The position numbers and the translations under genes are program-made. Shown piece by piece: positions 37,158-46,753 of a stretch of 53,216 nucleotides of DNA. Under the pieces are notes generated by a model. It was given only the letters and a program-made list of their open reading frames with translations, was not told where the DNA came from and did not search any database. How positions within the stretch are numbered: the stretch's first letter is position 1; the number at the start of each line of letters is the position of its first letter. This DNA comes from Candidatus Eiseniibacteriota bacterium (GTDB lineage Bacteria > Eisenbacteria > RBG-16-71-46). The stretch is from the NCBI GenBank assembly GCA_044222065.1, contig JBGAOA010000026.1, positions 1 through 53,216 of the forward strand. Direction: 5' to 3'.

Positions 37158-37808
37158 TCAAGCGTTGTCGCCGCGCGCACGCGCGATGCGGAGCACCCGC
37201 ACCTTGAGCGACTGCAGCCAGAAGAACAGCACGGTGAACCCGAGCAGCATTCCGAAGAACACGTAGCGAATGCGCGGATCCATTTCCACCTTGCCGCGAT
37301 TGTTCAGGATCGGATCCGGATGGAGCGTGAAGTAGATGCGAGGCACGACGAAGATCAAGAACGGTACCGCGACGAATGCCACGGCCGAGTAAATTGCCGA
37401 AAGCCGTGCGCGCCGGGGCCCTTCCTCGGTTGCACCGCGCAGCGCGAGGTACGCGGTGTAGATCAGAAGCAGGAAGAAGATCGAGGTTTCGCGCGGGTCC
37501 CAGTTCCAGTAGGCGCCCCACATCGCCTTCGCCCACAGTGCACCGCTCACGGTGGCCGCAATGCAGAACAGCAGGCCCAGTTCGGCCGCGGTGGCCGCCT
37601 CGTCGTCGTGCTTCATGTTGCGATTCGCAAGGTAGAGCACACTGTGCACCATCGACCACCCGAGCGCGAGCACCGTCAGCCACGCAGCCGGGATGTGGAA
37701 GTACAGGACGCGCGTCGTCTCGCCGAGCAGCGGCACGACCGGCGCCCACATCAACCCCAGCACCGTCATGGCGGCGATCCACAGGAACAGCAGGACGCGC
37801 AGGATCAC
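37158..37808 (-). CDS. ccmC: Heme exporter protein CcmC
   Basis: YFHIPAAW, GALWAKAMWGAYWNWDPRET (WWD), TLHP. Confidence 0.92.
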   Translation of the reverse strand: MILRVLLFLWIAAMTVLGLMWAPVVPLLGETTRVLYFHIPAAWLTVLALGWSMVHSVLYLANRNMKHDDEAATAAELGLLFCIAATVSGALWAKAMWGAYWNWDPRETSIFFLLLIYTAYLALRGATEEGPRRARLSAIYSAVAFVAVPFLIFVVPRIYFTLHPDPILNNRGKVEMDPRIRYVFFGMLLGFTVLFFWLQSLKVRVLRIARARGDNA

Positions 37809-37809
37809 G

Positions 37810-38466
37810 TCACTCCTCCCACAGGTGGTCGTACAGCAACAGGCTCACGCCGAACAGCCCCGCCGCGTACGCGCCGAGCAGCTTGAGTTCCGCGGCCGGG
37901 AACGTGCCCTGCCACTGGAGCCGCGTGCCGCCGACGGTCGCCGCGAGCACCGGCAGCAGCAGCGGCAGCGAGACGCCGGCGAACAGCGCACCGCGGCCGC
38001 GCGTCTGCGAGATGAGCGCGCCGATCAGCGTGGCACAGGCTGCCAGCGCGAGGCTGCCGAGCGCAAGGACCGCGAAGAACGGTCCCCAGTCCGGCGTCGG
38101 CGCTCCGAGCAGGATCAGCACGAGCGGAATCGTGAACGCCTCGAGCACCGCGAGGAACACGAGGTTGAAGCCGAGCTTCCCGAGCGCGATCTCGGTCGGA
38201 GACGCCACGAGCCGCAGCGTCGTCATCGTGTGGCCCTCGACCTCGCGCACGAATGCGTGCGCGAGCGAGGCGAGCGAGGCGAACAGCAGCACGATCCACA
38301 TGAGAGCCGCCGCCAGGTCCACGCGGTCGCCGAGCCGCCCCGCCGCGAAGCTCACCGCCGTGAGCGTCGTGAGCGAGAACAGCAGTGCCGAATTGATGCC
38401 GTAGCGCGTGCGCCACTCGCTCCGGCACTCCTTACGCAGGACCGCCCAGACCGCGGCCGCGGACAT
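37810..38466 (-). CDS. ccmB: Heme exporter protein CcmB
   Basis: KECRSEWRTR, six TM segments, FVREVEGHT, LPLLLPVL; start 38466 or 38481. Confidence 0.88.
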   Translation of the reverse strand: MSAAAVWAVLRKECRSEWRTRYGINSALLFSLTTLTAVSFAAGRLGDRVDLAAALMWIVLLFASLASLAHAFVREVEGHTMTTLRLVASPTEIALGKLGFNLVFLAVLEAFTIPLVLILLGAPTPDWGPFFAVLALGSLALAACATLIGALISQTRGRGALFAGVSLPLLLPVLAATVGGTRLQWQGTFPAAELKLLGAYAAGLFGVSLLLYDHLWEE

Positions 38467-39096
38467 CGATCCGCCGCTCACTCAGCGCCCTTTCCGCATC
38501 GTCGTTGGTGGCGAGCATCACGAGTCCGTCGCGCGCGTGCGCCGCGACGATGTCGCGCACCACGCGCCGTCCCGCATCGTCGAGATGCGAGCCGGGCTCG
38601 TCGAGCAGCAGCACGGGCGGCCGGTGCAGGATCGCGAACGCGAGCCGCAGCCGCTGCTTCATTCCGGAGGAGAGTTCGGTGACGCGCTGGTCCGCGCGCG
38701 ACTCGAGGCCGACGGCCTCGAGCGCCGTGCGAACCGCCGCCGGGTCGTGTCCGCGCGCCTCGCAGGCGAAGCGCAGGTTCTCGTCCACGCTCATCTCGTC
38801 GTAGAACTGCAGCTCGGGCGAGGCGTAGCCGACGTGGTGACGGCGCTCAGGCGGTTCGACCGCGCGGCCGCCCACGGCGAATTCGAGCGAGCCGTTCGCG
38901 GGCCGCAGGAGGCCGGCGACGATGCGCAGCAGCGTGCTCTTCCCCGCGCCGTTCGGGCCCTGGACGATCACGGCGCCCGGCCCTCGACGTCGAACGCCAT
39001 CGGCTCGAACACGGGCGCGCGACCGTAGCGGTGCGCGAGCGCCGTCGCCTTGATGCGCACGCTCCGCGTCGCGACCGCGGCGGCCGGAGCGCTCAC
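38432..39096 (-). CDS. ccmA: Heme ABC exporter ATPase CcmA, one frameshift at ~38979
   Basis: GTG 39096 frame reads IKATALAHRYGRAPVFEPMAFDVEG then stops; the adjacent frame continues VIVQGPNGAGKST, LSSGMKQR, LLLDEP. One added C restores EGPGAVIVQG. Confidence 0.8.
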
Positions 39097-40124
39097 GCGC
39101 GCCTCGCCGGCAGCGGATCGAGCGCCGCGACGCGGCGCGCGAGTTCCGGCAGCACGCGCCGCTTCGCGTCTTCGCGCGAGCCGCGCAGCAGCACGCCCGC
39201 GGCGTGCTTGTGGCCGCCGCCGCCGAGCGCGGTGCACACGGCGTCGATCTCGGCGCGCCCGGTCGAGCGCAGCGACACCTTCACCTTGCCGGGCTCGACT
39301 TCGCTGAACAGCGCGACGACCTCGACGCCGACGATCGTGCGCGGCAGGTCCACGAGCCCCTCGGTGTCGGCGCCGACGAGTCCGTGGCGCTGGAATTGGT
39401 CCGGAGCGGCCTCTAGCACGACGATCCGGCCGTCCTCGACGACCTGCATCGAGCCGAGCACCTCGCCGAAGAAGCGCAGCCGGCCCGGCGTCGCGTGCGA
39501 GTGCACGCGCGCGTGGATGCGTTGCGGATCGATCCCGCGGTCCAGCAGGTCGGCCGCCATGCGGTGCGCGTCGCCGTCGGCGTTCGAGTAACGAAACGAG
39601 CCCGTGTCCGTCATGAGCGCGACGTACAGCGCCTCGGCGATCTCGACCGTGATCGTGCCGCCGCCGTCGCGGATCAGCTCCCAGACGATCTCGCCCGTGG
39701 ACGACGCCTCGGGCTCGACGACGTTCACCTGTCCGAAGCCGTTCACGTGCGACGCGTGGTGGTCCACGATCGCGACCGCGATGACGTGCCGGTCGATCAC
39801 CGGCGCGAGCCGCCCGATGCGCTGGCGGTTGCTCGTGTCGAGCACGACGAGCGCGTCGGCCTCGCCGAAGCGGCGCTCGGCGAGCTCCAGTTCGTACTCC
39901 TCGACGCCGCGGCCGTCGGTCAGGAAGTGGAACGCCGCCGGCACCGGTGAGTCGTTGAGGATCGCGACCGTCTTGCCGCGAGCGCGCAGCCACAGCGCGA
40001 GCGCGATCTCGCTCCCGAGCCCGTCGCCGTCGGGATTGATGTGCGTCGTGAGCAGGAAGCGCGAGTGCCGTTCGAGGAACGCGAGCAGTGCCGCGCGCTC
40101 GGCCGCGTGAGAGGCGTCGCTCAC
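39093..40124 (-). CDS. nrnA: DHH/DHHA1 oligoribonuclease / pAp phosphatase NrnA
   Basis: THINPDGDGLGS, VLDTS, IVDHH, TDTGSFRY, KVSLRS, GGGHKHAAG. Confidence 0.92.
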   Translation of the reverse strand: MSDASHAAERAALLAFLERHSRFLLTTHINPDGDGLGSEIALALWLRARGKTVAILNDSPVPAAFHFLTDGRGVEEYELELAERRFGEADALVVLDTSNRQRIGRLAPVIDRHVIAVAIVDHHASHVNGFGQVNVVEPEASSTGEIVWELIRDGGGTITVEIAEALYVALMTDTGSFRYSNADGDAHRMAADLLDRGIDPQRIHARVHSHATPGRLRFFGEVLGSMQVVEDGRIVVLEAAPDQFQRHGLVGADTEGLVDLPRTIVGVEVVALFSEVEPGKVKVSLRSTGRAEIDAVCTALGGGGHKHAAGVLLRGSREDAKRRVLPELARRVAALDPLPARRA

Positions 40125-40765
40125 GCGGCCTCCCCGGCCCGCGCGCCGGCCGTGCTCGCGCCCGCGAGCGCGAGCCCCGCGACCTCCGCGAGGAACCAGC
40201 GGTGGGTCGCGAGGTCGCTCGTCAGCTCGGGATGGTACGCGAGCCCGACGACGCGCCCCGAGCGCACGCCGACGATTTCGTCCGCGCCATCCGCGGTCCG
40301 GCGCCGCGCGATCGTCTCGACGCCCGGCCCGATGCGCACGAGGCGCGGCGCGCGGATGAACACGCCCCACGCGCGCCGCTCGCCGAACGCGGTCTCGACT
40401 TCGGCGCTGAAGGAGTCGATCTGCCGGCCGTAGCCGTTCCGCTCGACGGTCACGTCGAGCGCGCCGAGCGTCGGGTGCGGCAGGCGGTCCGCCTCGCGGG
40501 CGAGCAGGATCAGGCCCGCGCACGTGCCGAGCACGGGACGCTCGCGCACGAACGCCTCGAGCGGCGCGCGCAGCCCCGTCGCCTCGAGCAGGCGCAGCAT
40601 GGTCGTGGACTCGCCGCCCGGCAGCACGAGCGCCTCACAGCCGTCGAGGTCGCGCGGCAGCGTCACGCGCGCGGCCTCGCAGCCCAGCGCCTCGAGCGCC
40701 GCGCGATGGCACGCGAAGTCGCCCTGCACGCTCAGCACGCCGACGCGCGGAACGCCCACCGTCAC
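40121..40765 (-). CDS. pdxT: PLP synthase glutaminase subunit PdxT
   Basis: [42 protein letters not shown]. Confidence 0.95.
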   Translation of the reverse strand: MTVGVPRVGVLSVQGDFACHRAALEALGCEAARVTLPRDLDGCEALVLPGGESTTMLRLLEATGLRAPLEAFVRERPVLGTCAGLILLAREADRLPHPTLGALDVTVERNGYGRQIDSFSAEVETAFGERRAWGVFIRAPRLVRIGPGVETIARRRTADGADEIVGVRSGRVVGLAYHPELTSDLATHRWFLAEVAGLALAGASTAGARAGEAA

Positions 40766-41676
40766 CAGCCCCGCTTCGCGAGCTGCTGGTCGGCCGGGAT
40801 CGTCTCCATGGAAACGCCGCGCATCGCCTTCGGCAGGTTCTCGCTGATCTCGACGAGCACCTCGGGACGGTTCCAGTTCGCGACCGCCTTCACGATCGCC
40901 TGCGCCATGCGGAGCTGTTCCTTGCGAGCGTCCTCGGGCTTCAGGTCCTGGCCGACCTCGAAGATGCCGGAGCCGACGAACACGGCCTCGGCGCCGAGCT
41001 GCATCATGAGCGACGCGTCGGCCGGCGTCGCGACGCCGCCCGCGGCGAAGTTCGGGACCGGCAGCTTGCCCGTGCGCGCGACCTGCTGCACGAGTTCGAA
41101 CGGCGCGCCGAGCGTCTTCGCCTCGGCCATCAGCTCGTCGCCGCGCAGCATCGTGAGGCGCTTCATCCCCTTCTGCACGGCGCGCATGTGCCGCACGGCC
41201 TCGACGACGTTGCCCGTTCCGGCCTCGCCCTTCGTGCGGATCATCGCGGCGCCCTCGCCGATGCGGCGCAGCGCCTCGCCCAGTTCGCGGCAGCCGCACA
41301 CGAACGGCACCTTGAAGTCGTGCTTCCAGACGTGGTGCTCCTCGTCGGCGGGCGTGAGCACTTCGCTCTCGTCGATGAAGTCGATGCCGAGCTGCTCGAG
41401 GATCTGCGCCTCGGCGATGTGGCCGATGCGGCACTTCGCCATGACCGGGATCGACACCTTCTCCTGGATCGCGCGGATCATCTTCGGATCCGACATGCGC
41501 GCGACGCCGCCGTCGCGGCGGATCTGCGACGGAATGCGCTCGAGCGCCATCACCGCGGCCGCGCCGGACTCCTCGGCGATCGCCGCCTGGTCGGCGTTCA
41601 TCACGTCCATGATGACGCCGCCCTTCAGCATCTCGGCGAGCCCGACCTTGAGTCGGAACTGTTCGTTCAGGTTCAC
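40762..41676 (-). CDS. pdxS: PLP synthase lyase subunit PdxS
   Basis: [63 protein letters not shown]. Confidence 0.97.
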   Translation of the reverse strand: MNLNEQFRLKVGLAEMLKGGVIMDVMNADQAAIAEESGAAAVMALERIPSQIRRDGGVARMSDPKMIRAIQEKVSIPVMAKCRIGHIAEAQILEQLGIDFIDESEVLTPADEEHHVWKHDFKVPFVCGCRELGEALRRIGEGAAMIRTKGEAGTGNVVEAVRHMRAVQKGMKRLTMLRGDELMAEAKTLGAPFELVQQVARTGKLPVPNFAAGGVATPADASLMMQLGAEAVFVGSGIFEVGQDLKPEDARKEQLRMAQAIVKAVANWNRPEVLVEISENLPKAMRGVSMETIPADQQLAKRGW

Positions 41677-41699
41677 GAGGCTGCCCCCCTTCCGCGCCG

Positions 41700-42872
41700 T
41701 CAGGCGCCGGCCTTGAGAATCGGACGGCCGAGCGCGCCGAGGCGCGCCACGACCGACGGCGTGATGTCGAGTATCGCATCCACTTCGGGCTCTCCGATCC
41801 CGCGTCCGAGCGAGAACCGCACGCTCGCGTGCGCCTCGTCGGCGCCGAGCCCCATCGCGAGCAGCACGGGCGAGGGTCCGGCCGCGGCCGAGCTGCACGC
41901 CGAACCGGTCGACACCGCGATGCCCTCGCGGTCCAGCTCGTGCAGCACGGCCTCGCCTTCGACGCCCGGGAACGACACGTTGACGATCGATCCGACCGAA
42001 CGCGCGGGATCGCCGTGGAAGCGCGTGTCCGGGATGCGGCGCGCGAGCCCTTCGCGCAGTCGTGCGCCGAGTGCCGCGAGGCGTCCGGGCTCGCCTGCGG
42101 CGAGCGCTTCGCGCGCGTGTTCGGCGGCGACGCCGAAGCCCGCGATCGCGGGGACGTTCTCGGTGCCGGCGCGGCGCGAGCGCTCCTGGTGCCCGCCCGT
42201 GACGAGCGGCGCGATCCGCACGCGGCGACGCACCCACAGCGCCGCGGCCCCGGGCGGTCCGCCGAACTTGTGACCCGCGATCGAGACGAGGTCGAGCCCG
42301 GCGGCGGCCGGCGCGAGCGCGAGCTTGCCCGCGGCCTGCACGGCGTCCGCGTGCACGCGCGCGCCGCACGCGCGCGCGAGCGCGGCGACCGCTGCGACCG
42401 GCTGGATCGTGCCGACCTCGTTGTTGACCCACTGCACCGACACGAGCGCCACGTCGTCGCCGAGCGCCGCGCCGACGCGCTCCGCGTCCACGACGCCCGA
42501 GGGCTCCACCGGGACGATCGTGAGTTCGTAGCCCGCGGCTTCGAGCGCGCGCGCGGTCTCCATCACCGACGGATGCTCGATCGCCGAGACGACGAGCCGT
42601 CGCCGGCCCTCGGGTGCGAGCGCGAGCGCGCCGCGCATCGCGAGGTTGTTCGCCTCGGAGCCGCTCGCCGTGAACACGATCTCGTCGGGCTCGGCCGCGA
42701 GCAGCGACGCGACGCGGGCGCGCGCGACTTCGACCGCCTCGCGCGCCGCCTCGCCGCGCGCGTGCACCGACGACGCGTTCCCGAACCGCTCGTTCAGGAA
42801 CGGCAGCATCGCCTCGACGGCTTCGGCGAGCGGCGGCGACGTGGCCGCGTGATCGGCGTAGATCCGCGTCAT
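41700..42872 (-). CDS. iscS: Cysteine desulfurase (IscS/NifS group)
   Basis: [63 protein letters not shown]. Confidence 0.93.
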   Translation of the reverse strand: MTRIYADHAATSPPLAEAVEAMLPFLNERFGNASSVHARGEAAREAVEVARARVASLLAAEPDEIVFTASGSEANNLAMRGALALAPEGRRRLVVSAIEHPSVMETARALEAAGYELTIVPVEPSGVVDAERVGAALGDDVALVSVQWVNNEVGTIQPVAAVAALARACGARVHADAVQAAGKLALAPAAAGLDLVSIAGHKFGGPPGAAALWVRRRVRIAPLVTGGHQERSRRAGTENVPAIAGFGVAAEHAREALAAGEPGRLAALGARLREGLARRIPDTRFHGDPARSVGSIVNVSFPGVEGEAVLHELDREGIAVSTGSACSSAAAGPSPVLLAMGLGADEAHASVRFSLGRGIGEPEVDAILDITPSVVARLGALGRPILKAGA

Positions 42873-43936
42873 GGCTGGAAGGATGCCACCCCGTGCGTCT
42901 GGATGCTCACGCGCCGCGCGAGTTCGCCCGAGGCGTGCAGGAGCGCCTTCGCGGCCTCGCTCTCGGGACTCGTGAGCACGATCGGGCGGCCCGTGTCGCC
43001 CCCGAGCCGCGCGGCCGGGTCGATCGGCACCGCGCCGAGGAACGGGATGCCGAGCGCGAGCGCGCGCTCCTCGGCCGTGCCGGTGTTGAAGATGTCGTGG
43101 CGGACCGAGCAGTTCGGGCACACGAAGCCGCTCATGTTCTCGATCAGGCCGAGCACCGGCACCGAGAGCTTCTCGAACATCGAGACCGCCTTGACCGCGT
43201 CCTCGATCGCCACCGTGGACGGCGTGCTCACGATCACGGCGCCGGCGACGAACGTCTGTTGGATGAGCGACAACTGCACGTCGCCGGTGCCGGGCGGCAG
43301 GTCCACGAGCAGGTAGTCGAGCTCGCCCCAATCGACGTCGTGCAGGAACGACTTCACCGCGCCGTGCAGCATCGGTCCGCGCCACACGACCGCCTCGCCC
43401 TGTTCGACGAGCAGCCCCATGGACATGAACGACACGCCGTGCGCCTCGACGGGCACGATCTTGTTCGCGCGCTGGGAGGGCTGCTTGAAGACGCCGAGCA
43501 TGCGCGGAAGGTTCGGACCATAGATGTCGCCGTCGAGGAGCCCCACGCGCGCGCCGGTCGCGGCGAGCGCCACGGCGAGGTTCGCCGACACGGTGGACTT
43601 GCCGACGCCGCCCTTGCCGCTGCCGATCGCGATCACGTGCGCGACGCCCGGGAGCGCCTTGCGATCGGCGGTCGGGTCCTTCGGCTTGCGCATGCGCGCC
43701 GTCGTGCGCACCTCGACCGACTTCACACCCGGAACCCGCAGCACGGCCGTGCGCGCGTCGTTCTCGATCTGGTCCTTGAGCGGGCAAGCGGCCGTCGTGA
43801 GCACGAGCGTGAACGAGACCCGGTCGCCGTCCACGGCCAGGTCCTCGATCATGCCGAGCGTCACGAGGTCCCGGTGCAGGTCCGGGTCCATCACGGTGCC
43901 GAGCGCGGCCAGCGCGTCCTCGGAGCGGATCGTCAT
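42869..43936 (-). CDS. apbC: Mrp/ApbC/NBP35 Fe-S cluster carrier ATPase
   Basis: N-terminal DUF59-like [11 protein letters not shown]...[39 protein letters not shown] 43936. Confidence 0.93.
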   Translation of the reverse strand: MTIRSEDALAALGTVMDPDLHRDLVTLGMIEDLAVDGDRVSFTLVLTTAACPLKDQIENDARTAVLRVPGVKSVEVRTTARMRKPKDPTADRKALPGVAHVIAIGSGKGGVGKSTVSANLAVALAATGARVGLLDGDIYGPNLPRMLGVFKQPSQRANKIVPVEAHGVSFMSMGLLVEQGEAVVWRGPMLHGAVKSFLHDVDWGELDYLLVDLPPGTGDVQLSLIQQTFVAGAVIVSTPSTVAIEDAVKAVSMFEKLSVPVLGLIENMSGFVCPNCSVRHDIFNTGTAEERALALGIPFLGAVPIDPAARLGGDTGRPIVLTSPESEAAKALLHASGELARRVSIQTHGVASFQP

Positions 43937-44108
43937 CGCCTGAGTCGGGTCCTTTCTGCTCGTGGTTCGGGGGACCGCGGACGGCCCCTCCCTCCGCCTT
44001 CGATTCGGCGGAAGCCCCGGCGACGCGGTGACATCCGCCGCCCGTTGGCGCATGATGCCGGCGCCTCGAAAGCGGGCTGTGGACCGCAGCGGCCCGGAAG
44101 AACGCGCA

Positions 44109-44138
44109 ACATTAAGAGCGGCGCCGAAGTCCCGTCAA
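44109..44138 (-). promoter_or_regulatory. Putative sigma70 promoter of the mrp-iscS-pdx-ccm operon
   Basis: Minus strand TTGACG-N18-TAATGT, about 170 nt upstream of the mrp ATG. Confidence 0.4.
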
Positions 44139-44160
44139 CGCGCGCACATCCCGGAGTTCG

Positions 44161-45099
44161 ATGCCCCATCCGTCGGGTTCGAGTCCCGTTGTCCCGGGTC
44201 CCGCCGGCCCACAGGCCGCAGCGGCCGACCGCCGTTCCGACGACTTCCCCGCCCAGCCGTTCGAGCACCTGGACGAGCTGTGGATCCAGGTCGCGGGCAC
44301 CGTCTGCAACCTGTCCTGCTCGCACTGCTTCGTCTCGTGCGGTCCCGCCGACGAGCACCACCGGATGCTGTCGCGCGAACGCGTGCGCGAACTCGTCGCC
44401 GAAGGCGCGGCGCTCGGCGTGCGCGAGGTGTACTTCACGGGCGGCGAACCGTTCCTGCATCCCGAGCTGCTCGCGATCCTCGAGGACACGCTCGCCGTCT
44501 CACCCGCGACCGTGCTCACGAACGGCACGCTGTTCACGCGCGCGCGGCTCGAAGCGCTGCGCCGGCTCTCGGACGCCTCGCGCTACGCGCTCGAGATCCG
44601 CGTGAGCCTCGATGGCGTGACGCCCGCGGCGCACGACGCGTTCCGCGGCGCGGGCGCGTTCGAGCGCACGCTCCAGGGCCTGCGCGCGCTCGAAGCGCAC
44701 GGCCTGCTGCCGATCGTCACCGTGACGCGGACGACCGACGAGGATCCGCTCGCTTTCCGCGAGCGCGTCGACGCGGCGCTGCGCGACGCGGGGCTCGGGC
44801 GCCCGCGCCTGAAATTGCTGCCGATGTTCCGCCTCGGGCGCGAGGTCGCGCGCGAGCGCGGCTACGCGCCGGACGAGTCGCTCGCGGGCGTCCCGGACGA
44901 GGCAGTGGCCGAAGCGCGGCTCCAGTGCCGCGCCTGCCGCGCCGTGACGAGCGAGGGCGTGTTCGTGTGCCCGCTGCTCGTGGACGAGCCCGGCGGCCGC
45001 ATGGGCGGAACACTCGCGGCGTCGCTCCGGCCGTTCGCGCTGCGCCACGGCGCGTGCCTCACCTGCTTCGCGACCGGCATGACGTGCGGCAACGGGTGA
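44161..45099 (+). CDS. Radical SAM protein with Cys-rich C-terminus
   Basis: CNLSCSHC (CxxxCxxC), FTGGEPF, LTNG, VSLDG; C-terminal QCRAC, VCP, HGACLTC, TC. Confidence 0.9.
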   Translation: MPHPSGSSPVVPGPAGPQAAAADRRSDDFPAQPFEHLDELWIQVAGTVCNLSCSHCFVSCGPADEHHRMLSRERVRELVAEGAALGVREVYFTGGEPFLHPELLAILEDTLAVSPATVLTNGTLFTRARLEALRRLSDASRYALEIRVSLDGVTPAAHDAFRGAGAFERTLQGLRALEAHGLLPIVTVTRTTDEDPLAFRERVDAALRDAGLGRPRLKLLPMFRLGREVARERGYAPDESLAGVPDEAVAEARLQCRACRAVTSEGVFVCPLLVDEPGGRMGGTLAASLRPFALRHGACLTCFATGMTCGNG

Positions 45100-45103
45100 T
45101 GCG

Positions 45104-45889
45104 ATGAGCGAGACGCGGCTCGCGCTCTTCGGCGGCGTCTACAGCAACCACCTCGCGCTGCGCGCGGTGCTCGACGACCTCGCGCGCCGCGGCGACGACC
45201 TCGCGTGGTGCCTCGGCGACCTCGGCGGCTTCGGGCCGCACCCCGATCGCGCGTGCGAGATGCTGCGCGCCTCGGGTCTCCCCGTGCTGCGCGGCAACTA
45301 CGACGACTCGATCGGGCACGCGCGCGCCGACTGCGCGTGCGGCTACTCCGATCCGCGCGACGAGCGCTTCGCGCAGATCTCCTACGACTACACGCTCGCC
45401 CGCACCGCGTCGGACCACCGCGCGTGGCTGCGCGCGCTGCCCGAGCAGCAGCGCCTCGAGATCGGCGAGCGGCGCGTGCTCCTGTGCCACGGCTCGCCGC
45501 GACGCGTGAACGAGTTCCTGTGGGACTCGACCGCGTCGGACGCGTTCCTCGAGTGGCTGTGCGAGGCGCACGACGCCGACGTGGTCGCGTGCACGCACAC
45601 GGGCCTCCACTGGCAGCGCGCGCTGTCCGGCGGACGGCACGTCGTGAACGTCGGCGCGATCGGGCGGCCCGCGAACGACGGGCGCACGAACACGTGGTTC
45701 GCCCGGCTCGTGCTCGCGGACGACGTGCGCGTCGAGTTCGTGCCGGTCGCGTACGACCACGAGACGCTCGCCGCCGAGATGGAAGCCGAGGACCTGCCCG
45801 CCGAGTTCGTCGAGACGATCCGCACGGGCTGGTGGACGACGTGCCTCGAGAACCTGCCCGCGAAGGAACGGCGGCGCGGGCGGTACTGA
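45104..45889 (+). CDS. Calcineurin-like metallophosphoesterase, atypical active site
   Basis: Motif order GGVYSN, CLGDLGG, RGNYD, CHGSP, THTG, VNVGAIG follows the YfcE-like fold with substitutions. Confidence 0.85.
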   Translation: MSETRLALFGGVYSNHLALRAVLDDLARRGDDLAWCLGDLGGFGPHPDRACEMLRASGLPVLRGNYDDSIGHARADCACGYSDPRDERFAQISYDYTLARTASDHRAWLRALPEQQRLEIGERRVLLCHGSPRRVNEFLWDSTASDAFLEWLCEAHDADVVACTHTGLHWQRALSGGRHVVNVGAIGRPANDGRTNTWFARLVLADDVRVEFVPVAYDHETLAAEMEAEDLPAEFVETIRTGWWTTCLENLPAKERRRGRY

Positions 45890-45918
45890 CGCGCGCGATC
45901 GCCTATAGTCCCGCCCCC

Positions 45919-46728
45919 ATGAGCCGCCCCGCCCCCTACTACTCGGTCGCCTTCGCCGACGATCCCGACGCGCCGCTCCAGCGCGAACTCGACCGGCTGT
46001 ACGACTACGCCGGCGACCACGAGACGCGCATCCTGCACCGCTCGCGGCTCAACCTGTTCGCGGGACTGCTCGAGTCGCTCGCGCGCGAGGGCGTGCCCGC
46101 GCGGCGCGACCGCGCCCTCGACGTCGGCTGCAACGCCGGCGTGTACTCGCGCATGCTCTCGGACGCGGGCTTCGCCGACGTGCTCGGGATCGACATCGAC
46201 GAGGAACAGGTGCGGCGCGCGGTCGCGGCGTTCGCGAGCGACGAGCCCGGCTGCCGCATCGCGTTCCGGGTCGAGAACGCCGAGCGGCTCGAAGCCGACG
46301 CCGCGTACGACTTCATCCTCTGCACCGAGGTCATCGAGCACACGACGCATCCCGGCCTCGTCGTGGCGAACCTCAAGCGCGCGCTGCGCCCGGGCGGCAT
46401 CGCGGTCGTCACGCTGCCGAACGCGTGTTCGCTGCCGTTCGCGAAGGCGGCGCTCAAGTACCGCTTCGTCTCGAAGCACCGCGACCCGGTGTTCGAGGAC
46501 CACCTGCGCTACCCGTTCTGGCGCGCGCTCTCGCTGTTCTCGGACGGCGCGCTCGCCGTGCGCCGCGTCACGGGCACGAACCTCGTGTGGGACGCGACGA
46601 CGCTGCGCTGGCTCCGGCGCTCGAGCGTCTTCCCCGCGCTCCACCGGGCGCAATTCGAACTCGGCCGCGCGTGGCCGTTCTGCCACTTCGCGCAGTTCTT
46701 CTTCATGGTGCTCGAGCGGCGCGCCTGA
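45919..46728 (+). CDS. Class I SAM-dependent methyltransferase
   Basis: ALDVGCNAG, GIDID, YDFILCTEVIEH, LRPGG, TLPN; ATG 45919. Confidence 0.88.
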   Translation: MSRPAPYYSVAFADDPDAPLQRELDRLYDYAGDHETRILHRSRLNLFAGLLESLAREGVPARRDRALDVGCNAGVYSRMLSDAGFADVLGIDIDEEQVRRAVAAFASDEPGCRIAFRVENAERLEADAAYDFILCTEVIEHTTHPGLVVANLKRALRPGGIAVVTLPNACSLPFAKAALKYRFVSKHRDPVFEDHLRYPFWRALSLFSDGALAVRRVTGTNLVWDATTLRWLRRSSVFPALHRAQFELGRAWPFCHFAQFFFMVLERRA

Positions 46729-46753
46729 CGCGCGCCCCTCCGAGCACGACGAC

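Noticed and set aside
38960..39000. Programmed ribosomal frameshifting in ccmA, xdhC or the PDZ gene
   Set aside because: No slippery heptamers; the ccmA and xdhC shifts fall in short G/C runs, and several unrelated genes are affected, which fits sequencing indels.
45097..45110. Selenocysteine readthrough at the radical SAM TGA after a Cys-rich tail
   Set aside because: The next gene starts 4 nt later in another frame, readthrough gives low-complexity sequence, and I see no SECIS-like hairpin.
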